Shown here: positions 10,478-25,400 of the stretch, piece by piece
Position numbering within the stretch: position 1 is the stretch's first letter
Layout: each line of letters opens with the position of its first letter
Source: Haplodiscus bocki
Lineage: Eukaryota
Direction: 5' to 3'
Length of the DNA stretch: 64,000 bases
NCBI GenBank assembly: GCA_965655095.1
Contig: OZ296648.1
Span: forward strand, 27,404,001-27,468,000
Position numbers and translations under genes: made by a program
The notes under the pieces: generated by a model
Told to the model about the DNA's origin: nothing
The model's input: only the letters and a program-made list of their open reading frames with translations
Databases searched by the model: none

Positions 10478-13400
10478 CCTTCATAACTATCTGAATTATA
10501 CCATCAAAGAGTGAAAAAGTTCTCCGAGACTGCATGTTGGGTAAAATTTTTTGCTAAGTATGTAATTGAAAAAAAAACGTTCGGAAAGCAAAAAGACAAA
10601 AGTTGCGAAAAAATGCCGTTTCCAGCAAAAAACTTCCTTCTCAAAACCCAAAAACTTCAAATTTTTCAAAAAAAGGCATCGTTTTCTAAATCCATTTGCT
10701 GGTAAAATCATTGTCAAATCCAGGTTGAAAAGGTGATTTGAGGTGAAAAAGGAGCGAAAAATCGGCAAAATTTGAAAAAAAAATTCTCACAATTCGGTAA
10801 CTGATAGCAGTTTCGATAATAGCATAAAAACTTTTTGGTCCCCTGACAAAATCTTCGCAAGAACGGTTGGAGAATAACAGAAGTTTTTGGTTCAAAGGTT
10901 TTGAAAACAATCCGCAAAGCAAAAAACTGATTTTTGGTTCCAGGAGAAAAGAATAGGTGAGAGGAATAGCAATATTGAAGCACTTTTTGCAGCGATGAGT
11001 TTCGAAAACATATGATCGGAGTAGGATAGCATATATTCTCATTGTCGATGCTTACTGACTGGTTTTTTCCCGGCTTTGGCTAGAGTCTTCCTACTATCCT
11101 TGATTGCTCATTGTGAAAAAAAGGGGTCATTCTCAACAAGTTGGTGAATTGCTAGGTCAAAAAGAAGCGGTCAAGTGACGTTCGATTTGAAATTTCATCA
11201 ACTGCTTCAATCAACGAGCTTGGCGTCACTGGAAGTGGGATGGAGGAGCGAATGGACCAAAATTCTGCATCTTAACGGAAAAATTTCAACTACTGAAACT
11301 TATTGAAGGTTTTATTGCTGGCGGCAGTAGCAGTGCGAAATCTTAGTTACTGCATCTGGTAATATAGGCACCAAACGTAATTTGAGCCGCTTCGGTTACA
11401 CCGCTGTGTGCAGCAACCTAAAGCTTTCTGAGCGTTATTACACAGTGGTTGCAACAACTGCGACTGTTTATCGGGTCACTGCCACCGTCTCTGCGATACT
11501 GCAAGTGAAAAGGTAAATGGTGATAATAGTACTAGTAGTGGTAGTAATAGTAGTAGTAATAGCAGCAGCGGAAGGTCTTCTGGGCTACCCCAAGTGATTT
11601 CACCCCGGAAGGGTGTCGTATTTTTCTTTGTCAAAATGAATTGTCCAGATCTGCTCCTGTGGAAACTTTGGAGTACCTGTGGTGAAAAATTTTCAAGTTT
11701 CAGAAACATTCAACGTTCGTTAGAGATGAGGTTTTCGTTTCGTCTGTGCTAACTGTACCAGATACGAGCGCTTTAGCTTGAGTTTGAGGTTGGCTTTGGC
11801 TGAAATTCAAACTTGAACAAAAATCTCGAACTTGTTCAGTGCAGTGCTTCATGAGTTTTTATCCCATCTGATGCAACTGAAGTCAAAATGCTTGTTTGGA
11901 GAGCAATCGAACGGAATATCTGTGGAAGATCTGTACGATCACTAACTTTAGCAGCATCGGGCTGACTCTTGATTACTAAGCAATCTACTGAGTGAGAAAC
12001 TTTCGAAAGTAAGAAAATCAACATCTTGTAACCATTTTAACTGATTACGTAGTCAAAAAAGTGTTTTGGAAGGCCACATGGCAAAAAGATCAAAAATAGC
12101 TCTTCAGTGTGCCTTGAAACTCCACACAACGACCAATTTCTTTCAAATACCTTTCAGGGTCAGTGAATTATAAGTTTTTTCCCTTGTTTTTGGTTCAAAA
12201 ATCATCTGTAGGGAAAAAAACCCATTATGATCCCTCATGGAGATTTTTGATTTTCTTTGTCATAATAGCAAAGCAAAGGCCTCCATAATTAACATTTTTG
12301 GAGTTCCTTCGTGTATGCCTACCCTTCTAGTTTTTCTCAAGATCTCTCTGTGCTTAGAAATAGCCAGCTAGTTGGAAACTTGTTAAGGAAAACGAAAGTG
12401 GAAAATTTCGAAACTAGTTTGTCCTAGCCTACAATAAAACCTTTATAACTATCTGAGTTATACCATCAAAGAGTGGAAAAGTTCTCCGAGACTGCATGTT
12501 GGGTACAATTTTTTGCTATGTATGTAATTGAAAAAAAAAACATTCGTAAAGCAAAAAACAAAAGTTGCGAAAAAAATGCCGTTTTCAGCAAAAGATTTTC
12601 TCACAACCCAAAATCTTCAATTTTTTCAAAAAAATAGCATCGATTTGCCAATTCACTTGCTGGTAAAATCTTTGTCAAATCGAGGGTGAAAAGGTGATTT
12701 GAGGTGAAACGGGAGGGAAAAATCGGCGAATTTTGAAAAAAAAGTTCTCACAATTCGGTAACTGATAGAGCAGTTTCGATAATAGCATAAAAGTTTTTTG
12801 GTCCCCTGATAAAATCTTCGCAAGAATGTTTAGAGAATAACAGAAGTTTTTGGTTCAAAGTTGTTTTGAACAATCCGGAAAGCAAAAAAGTGATTTTTGT
12901 TTCCAGGAGAAAACGGTCAGTGAGAGGAATAGCAATATTGAATTACTTTTTGCAGCGCTGAGTTTCGAAAACGTATGGTCAGAGTAGGATGGCATATATT
13001 CTCATTGTCGATACCTGCTAACTGAGTTTATTCCTGGCTTTGGCTAGAGTCTTCCTACTATCATTGATTGCTCATTGTGAAAAAAAGGGGTCATTCTCAA
13101 CAAGCTGGTGATTTGCCAGGTCAAAAAGAAGCGGTCAAGTGACGTTCGATTTTAAATTCCATCAACTGCTTCAATCAACGAGCTTGGCGTCACTGGAAGT
13201 GGGATGGAGGAGCGAATGGACCAAAATTCTGCATCTTAACGGAAAAATTTCAACTACTGAAACTTATTGAAGATTTTATTGCTGGCGGCAGTAGCAGTGC
13301 GAAATCTTAGTTACTGCATCTGGTAATATAGGCACCAAACGTAATTTGAGCCGCTTCGGTTACACCGCTGTGTGCAGCAACCTAAAGCTTTCTGAGCGTT

Positions 13401-16400
13401 ATTACACAGTGGTTGCAACAACTGCGACTGTTTATCGGGTCACTGCCACCGTCTCTGCGATACTGCAAGTGAAAAGGTAAATGGTGATAATAGTACTAGT
13501 AGTGGTAGTAATAGTAGTAGTAATAGCAGCAGCGGAAGGTCTTCTGGGCTAGCCCAAGTGATTTCACCCCGGAAGAGTGTCGTATTTTTCTTTGTCAAAA
13601 TGAATTGTCCAGATCTGCTCCTGTGGAAACTTTGGAGTACCTGTGGTGAAAAATTTTCAAGTTTCAGAAACATTCAACGTTCGTTAGAGATAAGATTTTC
13701 GTTTCGTCTGTGCTAACTGTACCAGTTACGAGCGCTTTAGCTTGAGTTTGAGGATGGCTTTGGCTGAAATTCAAACTTGAACAAAAATCTCGAACTTGTT
13801 CAGTGCAGTGCTTCATGAGTTTTTATCCCATCTGATGCAACTGAAGTCAAAATGCTTGTTTGGAGAGCAATCGAACGGAATATCTGTGGAAGATCTGTAC
13901 GATCACTAACTTTAGCAGCATTGGGCTGACTCTTGATTACTAAGCGATATACTGAGTGAGAAAGTTTCGAAAGTAAGAAAATCAACATCTTGTGACCAAT
14001 TTAACTGATTACGTAGTCAAAAAAGTGTTTTGGAAGGCCACATGGCAAAAAGATCAAAAATAGCTCTTCAGTGTGCCTTGAAACTCCACACAACGACCAA
14101 TTTCTTTCAAATACCTTTCAGGGTCAGTGAATTATAAGTTTTTTCCCTTGTTTTTGGTTCAAAAATCATCTGTAGGGAAAAAAACCCAATATGATCCCTC
14201 ATGGAGATTTTTGATTTTCTTTGTCATAATAGCAAAGCAAAGGCCTCTATAATTAACATTTTTGGAGTTCCTTCGTGTATGCCTACCCTCTTCTAGTTTT
14301 TTTCAAGATCTCTCTGTGCTTAGAAATAGCCAGCTAGTTGGAAACTTGTTAAGGAAAACGAAAGTGGAAAATTTCGAAACTAGTTTGTCCTAGCCTACAA
14401 TAAAACCTTTATAACTATCTGAGTTATACCATCAAAGAGTGGAAAAGTTCTCCGAGACTGCATGTTGGGTACAATTTTTTGCTATGTATGTAATTGAAAA
14501 AAAAACATTCGTAAAGCAAAAAACAAAAGTTGCGAAAAAAATGCCGTTTTCAGCAAAAGATTTTCTTCTCACAACCCAAAATCTTCAATTTTTTCAAAAA
14601 AATAGCATCGATTTGCCAATTCACTTGCTGGTAAAATCTTTGTCAAATCGAGGGTGAAAAGGTGATTTGAGGTGAAACGGGAGGGAAAAATCGGCGAATT
14701 TTGAAAAAAAAGTTCTCACAATTCGGTAACTGATAGAGCAGTTTCGATAATAGCATAAAAGTTTTTTGGTCCCCTGATAAAATCTTCGCAAGAATGTTTA
14801 GAGAATAACAGAAGTTTTTGGTTCAAAGTTATTTTGAACAATCCGCAAAGCAAAAAAGTGATTTTTGTTTCCAGGAGAAAACGGTCAGTGAGAGGAATAG
14901 CAATATTGAAGCACTTTTTGCAGCGCTGAGTTTCGAAAACGTATGGTCAGAGTAGGATAGCATATATTCTCATTGTCGATACCTGCTAACTGAGTTTTTT
15001 CCTGGCTTTGGCTAGAGTCTTCCTACTATCATTGATTGCTCATTGTGAAAAAAAGGGGTCATTCTCAACAAGCTGGTGATTTGCCAGGTCAAAAAGAAGC
15101 GGTCAAGTGACGTTCGATTTTAAATTCCATCAACTGCTTCAATCAACGAGCTTGGCGTCACTGGAAGTGGGATGGAGGAGCGAATGGACCAAAATCCTGC
15201 ATCTTAACGGAAAAATTTCAACTACTGAAACTTATTGAAGATTTTATTGCTGGCGGCAGTAGCAGTGCGAAATCTTAGTTACTGCATCTGGTAATATAGG
15301 CACCAAACGTAATTTGAGCCGCTTCGGTTACACCGCTGTGTGCAGCAACTTAAAGCTTTCTGAGCGTTATTACACAGTGGTTGCAACAACTGCGACTGTT
15401 TATCGGGTCACTGCCACCGTCTCTGCGATACTGCAAGTGAAAAGGTAAATGGTGATAATAGTACTAGTAGTGGTAGTAATAGTAGTAGTAATAGCAGCAG
15501 CGGAAGGTCTTCTGGGCTAGCCCAAGTGATTTCACCCCGGAAGAGTGTCGTATTTTTCTTTGTCAAAATGAATTGTCCAGATCTGCTCCTGTGGAAACTT
15601 TGGAGTACCTGTGGTGAAAAATTTTCAAGTTTCAGAAACATTCAACGTTCGTTAGAGATAAGATTTTCGTTTCGTCTGTGCTAACTGTACCAGTTACGAG
15701 CGCTTTAGCTTGAGTTTGAGGATGGCTTTGGCTGAAATTCAAACTTGAACAAAAATCTCGAACTTGTTCAGTGCAGTGCTTCATGAGTTTTTATCCCATC
15801 TGATGCAACTGAAGTCAAAATGCTTGTTTGGAGAGCAATCGAACGGAATATCTGTGGAAGATCTGTACGATCACTAACTTTATCAACATCGGGCTGACTC
15901 TTGATTACTAAGCAATCTACTGAGTGAGAAACTTTCGAAAGTAAGAAAATCAACATCTTGTAACCATTTTAACTGATTACGTAGTCAAAAAAGTGTTTTG
16001 GAAGGCCACATGGCAAAAAGATCAAAAATAGCTCTTCAGTGTGCCTTGAAACTCCACACAACGACCAATTTCTTTCAAATACCTTTCAGGGTCAGTGAAT
16101 TATAAGTTTTTTCCCTTGTTTTTGGTTCAAAAATCATCTGTAGGGAAAAAAACCCAATATGATCCCTCATGGAGATTTTTGATTTTCTTTGTCATAATAG
16201 CAAAGCAAAGGCCTCTATAATTAACATTTTTGGAGTTCCTTCGTGTATGCCTACCCTTCTAGTTTTTCTCAAGATCTCTCTGTGCTTAGAAATAGCCAGC
16301 TAGTTGGAAACTTGTTAAGGAAAACGAAAGTGGAAAATTTCGAAACTAGTTTGTCCTAGCCTACAATAAAACCTTTATAACTATCTGAGTTATACCATCA

Positions 16401-19400
16401 AAGAGTGGAAAAGTTCTCCGAGACTGCATGTTGGGTACAATTTTTTGCTATGTATGTAATTGAAAAAAAAACATTCGTAAAGCAAAAAGACAAAAGTTGC
16501 GAAAAAAATGCCGTTTTCAGCAAAAGATTTTCTTCTCACAACCCAAAATCTTCAATTTTTTCAAAAAAATAGCATCGATTTGCCAATTCACTTGCTGGTA
16601 AAATCTTTGTCAAATCGAGGGTGAAAAGGTGATTTGAGGTGAAACGGGAGGGAAAAATCGGCGAATTTTGAAAAAAAAGTTCTCACAATTCGGTAACTGA
16701 TAGAGCAGTTTCGATAATAGCATAAAAGTTTTTTGGTCCCCTGATAAAATATTCGCAAGAATGTTTAGAGAATAACAGAAGTTTTTGGTTCAAAGTTATT
16801 TTGAACAATCCGCAAAGCAAAAAAGTGATTTTTGTTTCCAGGAGAAAACGGTCAGTGAGAGGAATAGCAATATTGAAGCACTTTTTGCAGCGCTGAGTTT
16901 CGAAAACGTATGGTCAGAGTAGGATGGCATATATTCTCATTGTCGATACCTGCTAACTGAGTTTATTCCTGGCTTTGGCTAGAGTCTTCCTACTATCATT
17001 GATTGCTCATTGTGAAAAAAAGGGGTCATTCTCAACAAGCTGGTGATTTGCCAGGTCAAAAAGAAGCGGTCAAGTGACGTTCGATTTTAAATTCCATCAA
17101 CTGCTTCAATCAACGAGCTTGGCGTCACTGGAAGTGGGATGGAGGAGCGAATGGACCAAAATTCTGCATCTTAACGGAAAAATTTCAACTACTGAAACTT
17201 ATTGAAGATTTTATTGCTGGCGGCAGTAGCAGTGCGAAATCTTAGTTACTGCATCTGGTAATATAGGCACCAAACGTAATTTGAGCCGCTTCGGTTACAC
17301 CGCTGTGTGCAGCAACCTAAAGCTTTCTGAGCGTTATTACACAGTGGTTGCAACAACTGCGACTGTTTATCGGGTCACTGCCACCGTCTCTGCGATACTG
17401 CAAGTGAAAAGGTAAATGGTGATAATAGTACTAGTAGTGGTAGTAATAGTAGTAGTAATAGCAGCAGCGGAAGGTCTTCTGGGCTAGCCCCAGTGATTTC
17501 ACCCCGGAAGAGTGTCGTATTTTTCTTTGTCAAAATGAATTGTCCAGATCTGCTCCTGTGGAAACTTTGGAGTACCTGTGGTGAAAAATTTTCAAGTTTC
17601 AGAAACATTCAACGTTCGTTAGAGATAAGATTTTCGTTTCGTCTGTGCTAACTGTACCAGTTACGAGCGCTTTAGCTTGAGTTTGAGGATGGCTTTGGCT
17701 GAAATTCAAACTTGAACAAAAATCTCGAACTTGTTCAGTGCAGTGCTTCATGAGTTTTTATCCCATCTGATGCAACTGAAGTCAAAATGCTTGTTTGGAG
17801 AGCAATCGAACGGAATATCTGTGGAAGATCTGTACGATCACTAACTTTAGCAACATCGGGCTGACTCTTGATTACTAAGCAATCTACTGAGTGAGAAACT
17901 TTCGAAAGTAAGAAAATCAACATCTTGTAACCATTTTAACTGATTACGTAGTCAAAAAAGTGTTTTGGAAGGCCACATGGCAAAAAGATCAAAAATAGCT
18001 CTTCAGTGTGCCTTGAAACTCCACACAACGACCAATTTCTTTCAAATACCTTTCAGGGTCAGTGAATTATAAGTTTTTTCCCTTGTTTTTGGTTCAAAAA
18101 TCATCTGTAGGGAAAAAAACCCAATATGATCCCTCATGGAGATTTTTGATTTTCTTTGTCATAATAGCAAAGCAAAGGCCTCTATAATTAACATTTTTGG
18201 AGTTCCTTCGTGTATGCCTACCCTTCTAGTTTTTCTCAAGATCTCTCTGTGCTTAGAAATAGCCAGCTAGTTGGAAACTTGTTAAGGAAAATGAAAGTGG
18301 AAAATTTCGAAACTAGTTTGTCCTAGCCTACAATAAAACCTTTATAACTATCTGAGTTATACCATCGAAGAGTGGAAAAGTTCTCCGAGACTGCATGTTG
18401 GGTACAATTTTTTGCTATGTATGTAATTGAAAAAAAAACATTCGTAAAGCAAAAAGACAAAAGTTGCGAAAAAAATGCCGTTTTCAGCAAAAGATTTTCT
18501 TCTCACAACCCAAAATCTTCAATTTTTTCAAAAAAATAGCATCGATTTGCCAATTCACTTGCTGGTAAAATCTTTGTCAAATCGAGGGTGAAAAGGTGAT
18601 TTGAGGTGAAACGGGAGGGAAAAATCGGCGAATTTTGAAAAAAAAGTTCTCACAATTCGGTAACTGATAGAGCAGTTTCGATAATAGCATAAAAGTTTTT
18701 TGGTCCCCTGATAAAATCTTCGCAAGAATGTTTAGAGAATAACAGAAGTTTTTGGTTCAAAGTTATTTTGAACAATCCGCAAAGCAAAAAAGTGATTTTT
18801 GTTTCCAGGAGAAAACGGTCAGTGAGAGGAATAGCAATATTGAAGCACTTTTTGCAGCGCTGAGTTTCGAAAACGTATGGTCAGAGTAGGATGGCATATA
18901 TTCTCATTGTCGATACCTGCTAACTGAGTTTTTTCCTGGCTTTGGCTAGAGTCTTCCTACTATCATTGATTGCTCATTGTGAAAAATAGGGGTCATTCTC
19001 AACAAGCTGGTGATTTGCTAGGTCAAAAAGAAGCGGTCAAGTGACGTTCGATTTGAAATTTCATCAACTGCTTCAATCAACGAGCTTGGCGTCACTGGAA
19101 GTGGGATGGAGGAGCGAATGGACCAAAATTCTGCATCTTAACGGAAAAATTTCAACTACTGAAACTTATTGAAGATTTTATTGCTGGCGGCAGTAGCAGT
19201 GCGAAATCTTAGTTACTTCATCTGGTAATATAGGCACCAAACGTAATTTGGGCCGCTTCGGTTACACCGCTGTGTGCAGCAACTTAAAGCTTTCTGAGCG
19301 TTATTACACAGTGGTTGCAACAACTGCGACTGTTTATCGGGTCACTGCCACCGTCTCTGCGATACTGCAAGTGAAAAGGTAAATGGTGATAATAGTACTA

Positions 19401-22400
19401 GTAGTGGTAGTAATAGTAGTAGTAATAGCAGCAGCGGAAGGTCTTCTGGGCTAGCCCAAGTGATTTCACCCCGGAAGAGTGTCGTATTTTTCTTTGTCAA
19501 AATGAATTGTCCAGATCTGCTCCTGTGGAAACTTTGGAGTACCTGTGGTGAAAAATTTTCAAGTTTCAGAAACATTCAACGTTCGTTAGAGATGAGGTTT
19601 TCGTTTCGTCTGTGCTAACTGTACCAGTTACGAGCGCTTTAGCTTGAGTTTGAGGATGGCTTTGGCTGAAATTCAAACTTGAACAAAAATTTCGAACCTG
19701 TTCAGTGCAGTGCTTCATGAGTTTTTATCCCATCTGATGCAACTGAAGTCAAAATGCTTGTTTGGAGATCAATCGAACGGAATATCTGTGGAAGATCTGT
19801 ACGATCACTAACTTTAGCAGCATTGGGCGGACTCTTGATTACTAAGCGATCTACTGAGTGAGAAAGTTTCGAAAGTAAGAAAATCAACATCTTGTAACCA
19901 TTTTAACTGATTACGTAGTCAAAAAATTGTTTTGGAAGGCCACATGGCAAAAAGGTCAAAAATAGCTCTTCAGTGTGCCTTGAAACTCCACACAACGACC
20001 AATTTCTTTCAAATACCTTTCAGGGTCAGTGAATTATAAGTTTTTTCCCTTGTTTTTGGTTCAAAAATCATCTGTAGGGAAAAAAACCCAATATGATCCC
20101 TCATGGAGATTTTTGATTTTCTTTGTCATAATAGCAAAGCAAAGGCCTCTATAATTAACATTTTTGGAGTTCCTTCGTGTATGCCTACCCTTCTAGTTTT
20201 TCTCAAGATCTCTCTGTGCTTAGAAATAGCCAGCTAGTTGGAAACTTGTTAAGGAAAACGAAAGTGGAAAATTTCGAAACTAGTTTGTCCTAGCCTACAA
20301 TAAAACCTTTATAACTATCTGAGTTATACCATCAAAGAGTGGAAAAGTTCTCCGAGACTGCATGTTGGGTACAATTTTTTGCTATGTATGTAATTGAAAA
20401 AAAAACATTCGTAAAGCAAAAAGACAAAAGTTGCGAAAAAAATATCGTTTTCAGCAAAAGATTTTCTTCTCAAAACCCAAAATCTTCAAATTTTTCAAAA
20501 AAACAGCATCGATTTGCCAATTCACTTGCTGGTAAAATCTTTGTCAAATCGAGGGTGAAAAGGTGATTTGAGGTGAAACGGGAGGGAAAAATCGGCGAAT
20601 TTTGAAAAAAAAGTTCTCACAATTCGGTAACTGATAGAGCAGTTTCGATAATAGCATAAAAGTTTTTTGGTCCCCTGATAAAATCTTCGCAAGAATGTTT
20701 AGAGAATAACAGAAGTTTTTGGTTCAAAGTTATTTTGAACAATCCGCAAAGCAAAAAAGTGATTTTTGTTTCCAGGAGAAAACGGTCAGTGAGAGGAATA
20801 GCAATATTGAAGCACTTTTTGCAGCGCTGAGTTTCGAAAACGTATGGTCAGAGTAGGATGGCATATATTCTCATTGTCGATACCTGCTAACTGAGTTTAT
20901 TCCTGGCTTTGGCTAGAGTCTTCCTACTATCATTGATTGCTCATTGTGAAAAATAGGGGTCATTCTCAACAAGCTGGTGATTTGCTAGGTCAAAAAGAAG
21001 CGGTCAAGTGACGTTCGATTTTAAATTCCATCAACTGCTTCAATCAACGAGCTTGGCGTCACTGGAAGTGGGATGGAGGAGCGAATGGACCAAAATCCTG
21101 CATCTTAACGGAAAAATTTCAACTACTGAAACTTATTGAAGATTTTATTGCTGGCGGCAGTAGCAGTGCGAAATCTTAGTTACTGCATCTGGTAATATAG
21201 GCACCAAACGTAATTTGAGCCGCTTCGGTTACACCGCTGTGTGCAGCAACTTAAAGCTTTCTGAGCGTTATTACACAGTGGTTGCAACAACTGCGACTGT
21301 TTATCGGGTCACTGCCACCGTCTCTGCGATACTGCAAGTGAAAAGGTAAATGGTGATAATAGTACTAGTAGTGGTAGTAATAGTAGTAGTAATAGCAGCA
21401 GCGGAAGGTCTTCTGGGCTACCCCAAGTGATTTCACCCCGGAAGAGTGTCGTATTTTTCTTTGTCAAAATGAATTGTCCAGATCTGCTCCTGTGGAAACT
21501 TTGGAGTACCTGTGGTGAAAAATTTTCAAGTTTCAGAAAAATTCGACGTTCGTTAGAGATGAGGATTTCATTTCGTCTGTGCTAACTGTACCAGTTACGA
21601 GCGCTTTAGCTTGAGTTTGAGGATGGCTTTGGCTGAATTTCAAACTTAAACAAAAATTTCGAACTTGTTCAGTGCAGTGCTTCATGAGTTTTTATCCCAT
21701 CTGATGCAACTGAAGTCAAAATGCTTGTTTGGAGAGCAATCGAACGGAATATCTGTGGAAGATCTGTACGATCACTAACTTTAGCAGCATCGGGCTGACT
21801 CTTGATTACTAAGCAATCTACTGAGTGAGAAACTTTCGAAAGTAAGAAAATCAACATCTTGTAACCATTTTAACTGATTACGTAGTCAAAAAAGTGTTTT
21901 GGAAGGCCACATGGCAAAAAGATCAAAAATAGCTCTTCAGTGTGCCTTGAAACTCCACACAACGACCAATTTCTTTCAAATACCTTTCAGGGTCAGTGAA
22001 TTATAAGTTTTTTCCCTTGTTTTTGGTTCAAAAATCATCTGTAGGGAAAAAAACCCAATATGATCCCTCATGGAGATTTTTGATTTTCTTTGTCATAATA
22101 GCAAAGCAAAGGCCTCTATAATTAACATTTTTGGAGTTCCTTCGTGTATGCCTACCCTTCTAGTTTTCCTCAAGATCTCTCTGTGCTTAGAAATAGCCAG
22201 CTAGTTGGAAACTTGTTAAGGAAAATGAAAGTGGAAAATTTCGAAACTAGTTTGTCCTAGCCTACAATAAAACCTTTATAACTATCTGAGTTATACCATC
22301 AAAGAGTGGAAAAGTTCTCCGAGACTGCATGTTGGGTACAATGTTTTGCTATGTATGTAATTGAAAAAAAAAACATTCGTAAAGCAAAAAGACAAAAGTT

Positions 22401-25400
22401 GCGAAAAAAATGCCGTTTTCAGCAAAAGATTTTCTTCTCACAACCCAAAATCTTCAATTTTTTCAAAAAATAGCATCGATTTGCCAATTCACTTGCTGGT
22501 AAAATCTTTGTCAAATCGAGGGTGAAAAGGTGATTTGAGGTGAAACGGGAGGGAAAAATCGGCGAATTTTGAAAAAAAAGTTCTCACAATTCGGTAACTG
22601 ATAGAGCAGTTTCGATAATAGCATAAAAGTTTTTTGGTCCCCTGATAAAATCTTCGCAAGAATGTTTAGAGAATAACAGAAGTTTTTGGTTCAAAGTTAT
22701 TTTGAACAATCCGCAAAGCAAAAAAGTGATTTTTGTTTCCAGGAGAAAACGGTCAGTGAGAGGAATAGCAATATTGAAGCACTTTTTGCAGCGCTGAGTT
22801 TCGAAAACGTATGGTCAGAGTAGGATAGCATATATTCTCATTGTCGATACCTGCTAACTGAGTTTTTTCCTGGCTTTGGCTAGAGTCTTCCTACTATCAT
22901 TGATTGCTCATTGTGAAAAAAAGGGGTCATTCTCAACAAGCTGGTGATTTGCCAGGTCAAAAAGAAGCGGTCAAGTGACGTTCGATTTTAAATTCCATCA
23001 ACTGCTTCAATCAACGAGCTTGGCGTCACTGGAAGTGGGATGGAGGAGCGAATGGACCAAAATCCTGCATCTTAACGGAAAAATTTCAACTACTGAAACT
23101 TATTGAAGATTTTATTGCTGGCGGCAGTAGCAGTGCGAAATCTTAGTTACTGCATCTGGTAATATAGGCACCAAACGTAATTTGAGCCGCTTCGGTTACA
23201 CCGCTGTGTGCAGCAACTTAAAGCTTTCTGAGCGTTATTACACAGTGGTTGCAACAACTGCGACTGTTTATCGGGTCACTGCCACCGTCTCTGCGATACT
23301 GCAAGTGAAAAGGTAAATGGTGATAATAGTACTAGTAGTGGTAGTAATAGTAGTAGTAATAGCAGCAGCGGAAGGTCTTCTGGGCTACCCCAAGTGATTT
23401 CACCCCGGAAGAGTGTCGTATTTTTCTTTGTCAAAATGAATTGTCCAGATCTGCTCCTGTGGAAACTTTGGAGTACCTGTGGTGAAAAATTTTCAAGTTT
23501 CAGAAACATTCAACGTTCGTTAGAGATGAGGTTTTCGTTTCGTCTGTGCTAACTGTACCAGTTACGAGCGCTTTAGCTTGAGTTTGAGGATGGCTTTGGC
23601 TGAAATTCAAACTTGAACAAAAATTTCGAACTTGTTCAGTGCAGTGCTTCATGAGTTTTTATCCCATCTGATGCAACTGAAGTCAAAATGCTTGTTTGGA
23701 GAGCAATCGAACGGAATATCTGTGGAAGATCTGTACGATCACTAACTTTAGCAGCATTGGGCTGACTCTTGATTACTAAGCGATCTACTGAGTGAGAAAG
23801 TTTCGAAAGTAAGAAAATCAACATCTTGTGACCAATTTAACTGATTACGTAGTCAAAAAAGTGTTTTGGAAGGCCACATGGCAAAAAGATCAAAAATAGC
23901 TCTTCAGTGTGCCTTGAAACTCCACACAACGACCAATTTCTTTCAAATACCTTTCAGGGTCAGTGAATTATAAGTTTTTTCCCTTGTTTTTGGTTCAAAA
24001 ATCATCTGTAGGGAAAAAAACCCAATATGATCCCTCATGGAGATTTTTGATTTTCTTTGTCATAATAGCAAAGCAAAGGCCTCTATAATTAACATTTTTG
24101 GAGTTCCTTCGTGTATGCCTACCCTTCTAGTTTTTCTCAAGATCTCTCTGTGCTTAGAAATAGCCAGCTAGTTGGAAACTTGTTAAGGAAAATGAAAGTG
24201 GAAAATTTCGAAACTAGTTTGTCCTAGCCTACAATAAAACCTTTATAACTATCTGAGTTATACCATCAAAGAGTGGAAAAGTTCTCCGAGACTGCATGTT
24301 GGGTACAATGTTTTGCTATGTATGTAATTGAAAAAAAAACATTCGTAAAGCAAAAAGACAAAAGTTGCGAAAAAAATGCCGTTTTCAGCAAAAGATTTTC
24401 TTCTCACAACCCAAAATCTTCAATTTTTTCAAAAAAATAGCATCGATTTGCCAATTCACTTGCTGGTAAAATCTTTGTCAAATCGAGGGTGAAAAGGTGA
24501 TTTGAGGTGAAACGGGAGGGAAAAATCGGCGAATTTTGAAAAAAAAGTTCTCACAATTCGGTAACTGATAGAGCAGTTTCGATAATAGCATAAAAGTTTT
24601 TTAGTCCCCTGATAAAATCTTCGCAAGAATGTTTAGAGAATAACAGAAGTTTTTGGTTCAAAGTTATTTTGAACAATCCGCAAAGCAAAAAAGTGATTTT
24701 TGTTTCCAGGAGAAAACGGTCAGTGAGAGGAATAGCAATATTGAAGCACTTTTTGCAGCGCTGAGTTTCGAAAACGTATGGTCAGAGTAGGATAGCATAT
24801 ATTCTCATTGTCGATACCTGCTAACTGAGTTTTTTCCTGGCTTTGGCTAGAGTCTTCCTACTATCATTGATTGCTCATTGTGAAAAAAAGGGGTCATTCT
24901 CAACAAGCTGGTGATTTGCCAGGTCAAAAAGAAGCGGTCAAGTGACGTTCGATTTTAAATTCCATCAACTGCTTCAATCAACGAGCTTGGCGTCACTGGA
25001 AGTGGGATGGAGGAGCGAATGGACCAAAATCCTGCATCTTAACGGAAAAATTTCAACTACTGAAACTTATTGAAGATTTTATTGCTGGCGGCAGTAGCAG
25101 TGCGAAATCTTAGTTACTGCATCTGGTAATATAGGCACCAAACGTAATTTGAGCCGCTTCGGTTACACCGCTGTGTGCAGCAACTTAAAGCTTTCTGAGC
25201 GTTATTACACAGTGGTTGCAACAACTGCGACTGTTTATCGGGTCACTGCCACCGTCTCTGCGATACTGCAAGTGAAAAGGTAAATGGTGATAATAGTACT
25301 AGTAGTGGTAGTAATAGTAGTAGTAATAGCAGCAGCGGAAGGTCTTCTGGGCTACCCCAAGTGATTTCACCCCGGAAGAGTGTCGTATTTTTCTTTGTCA

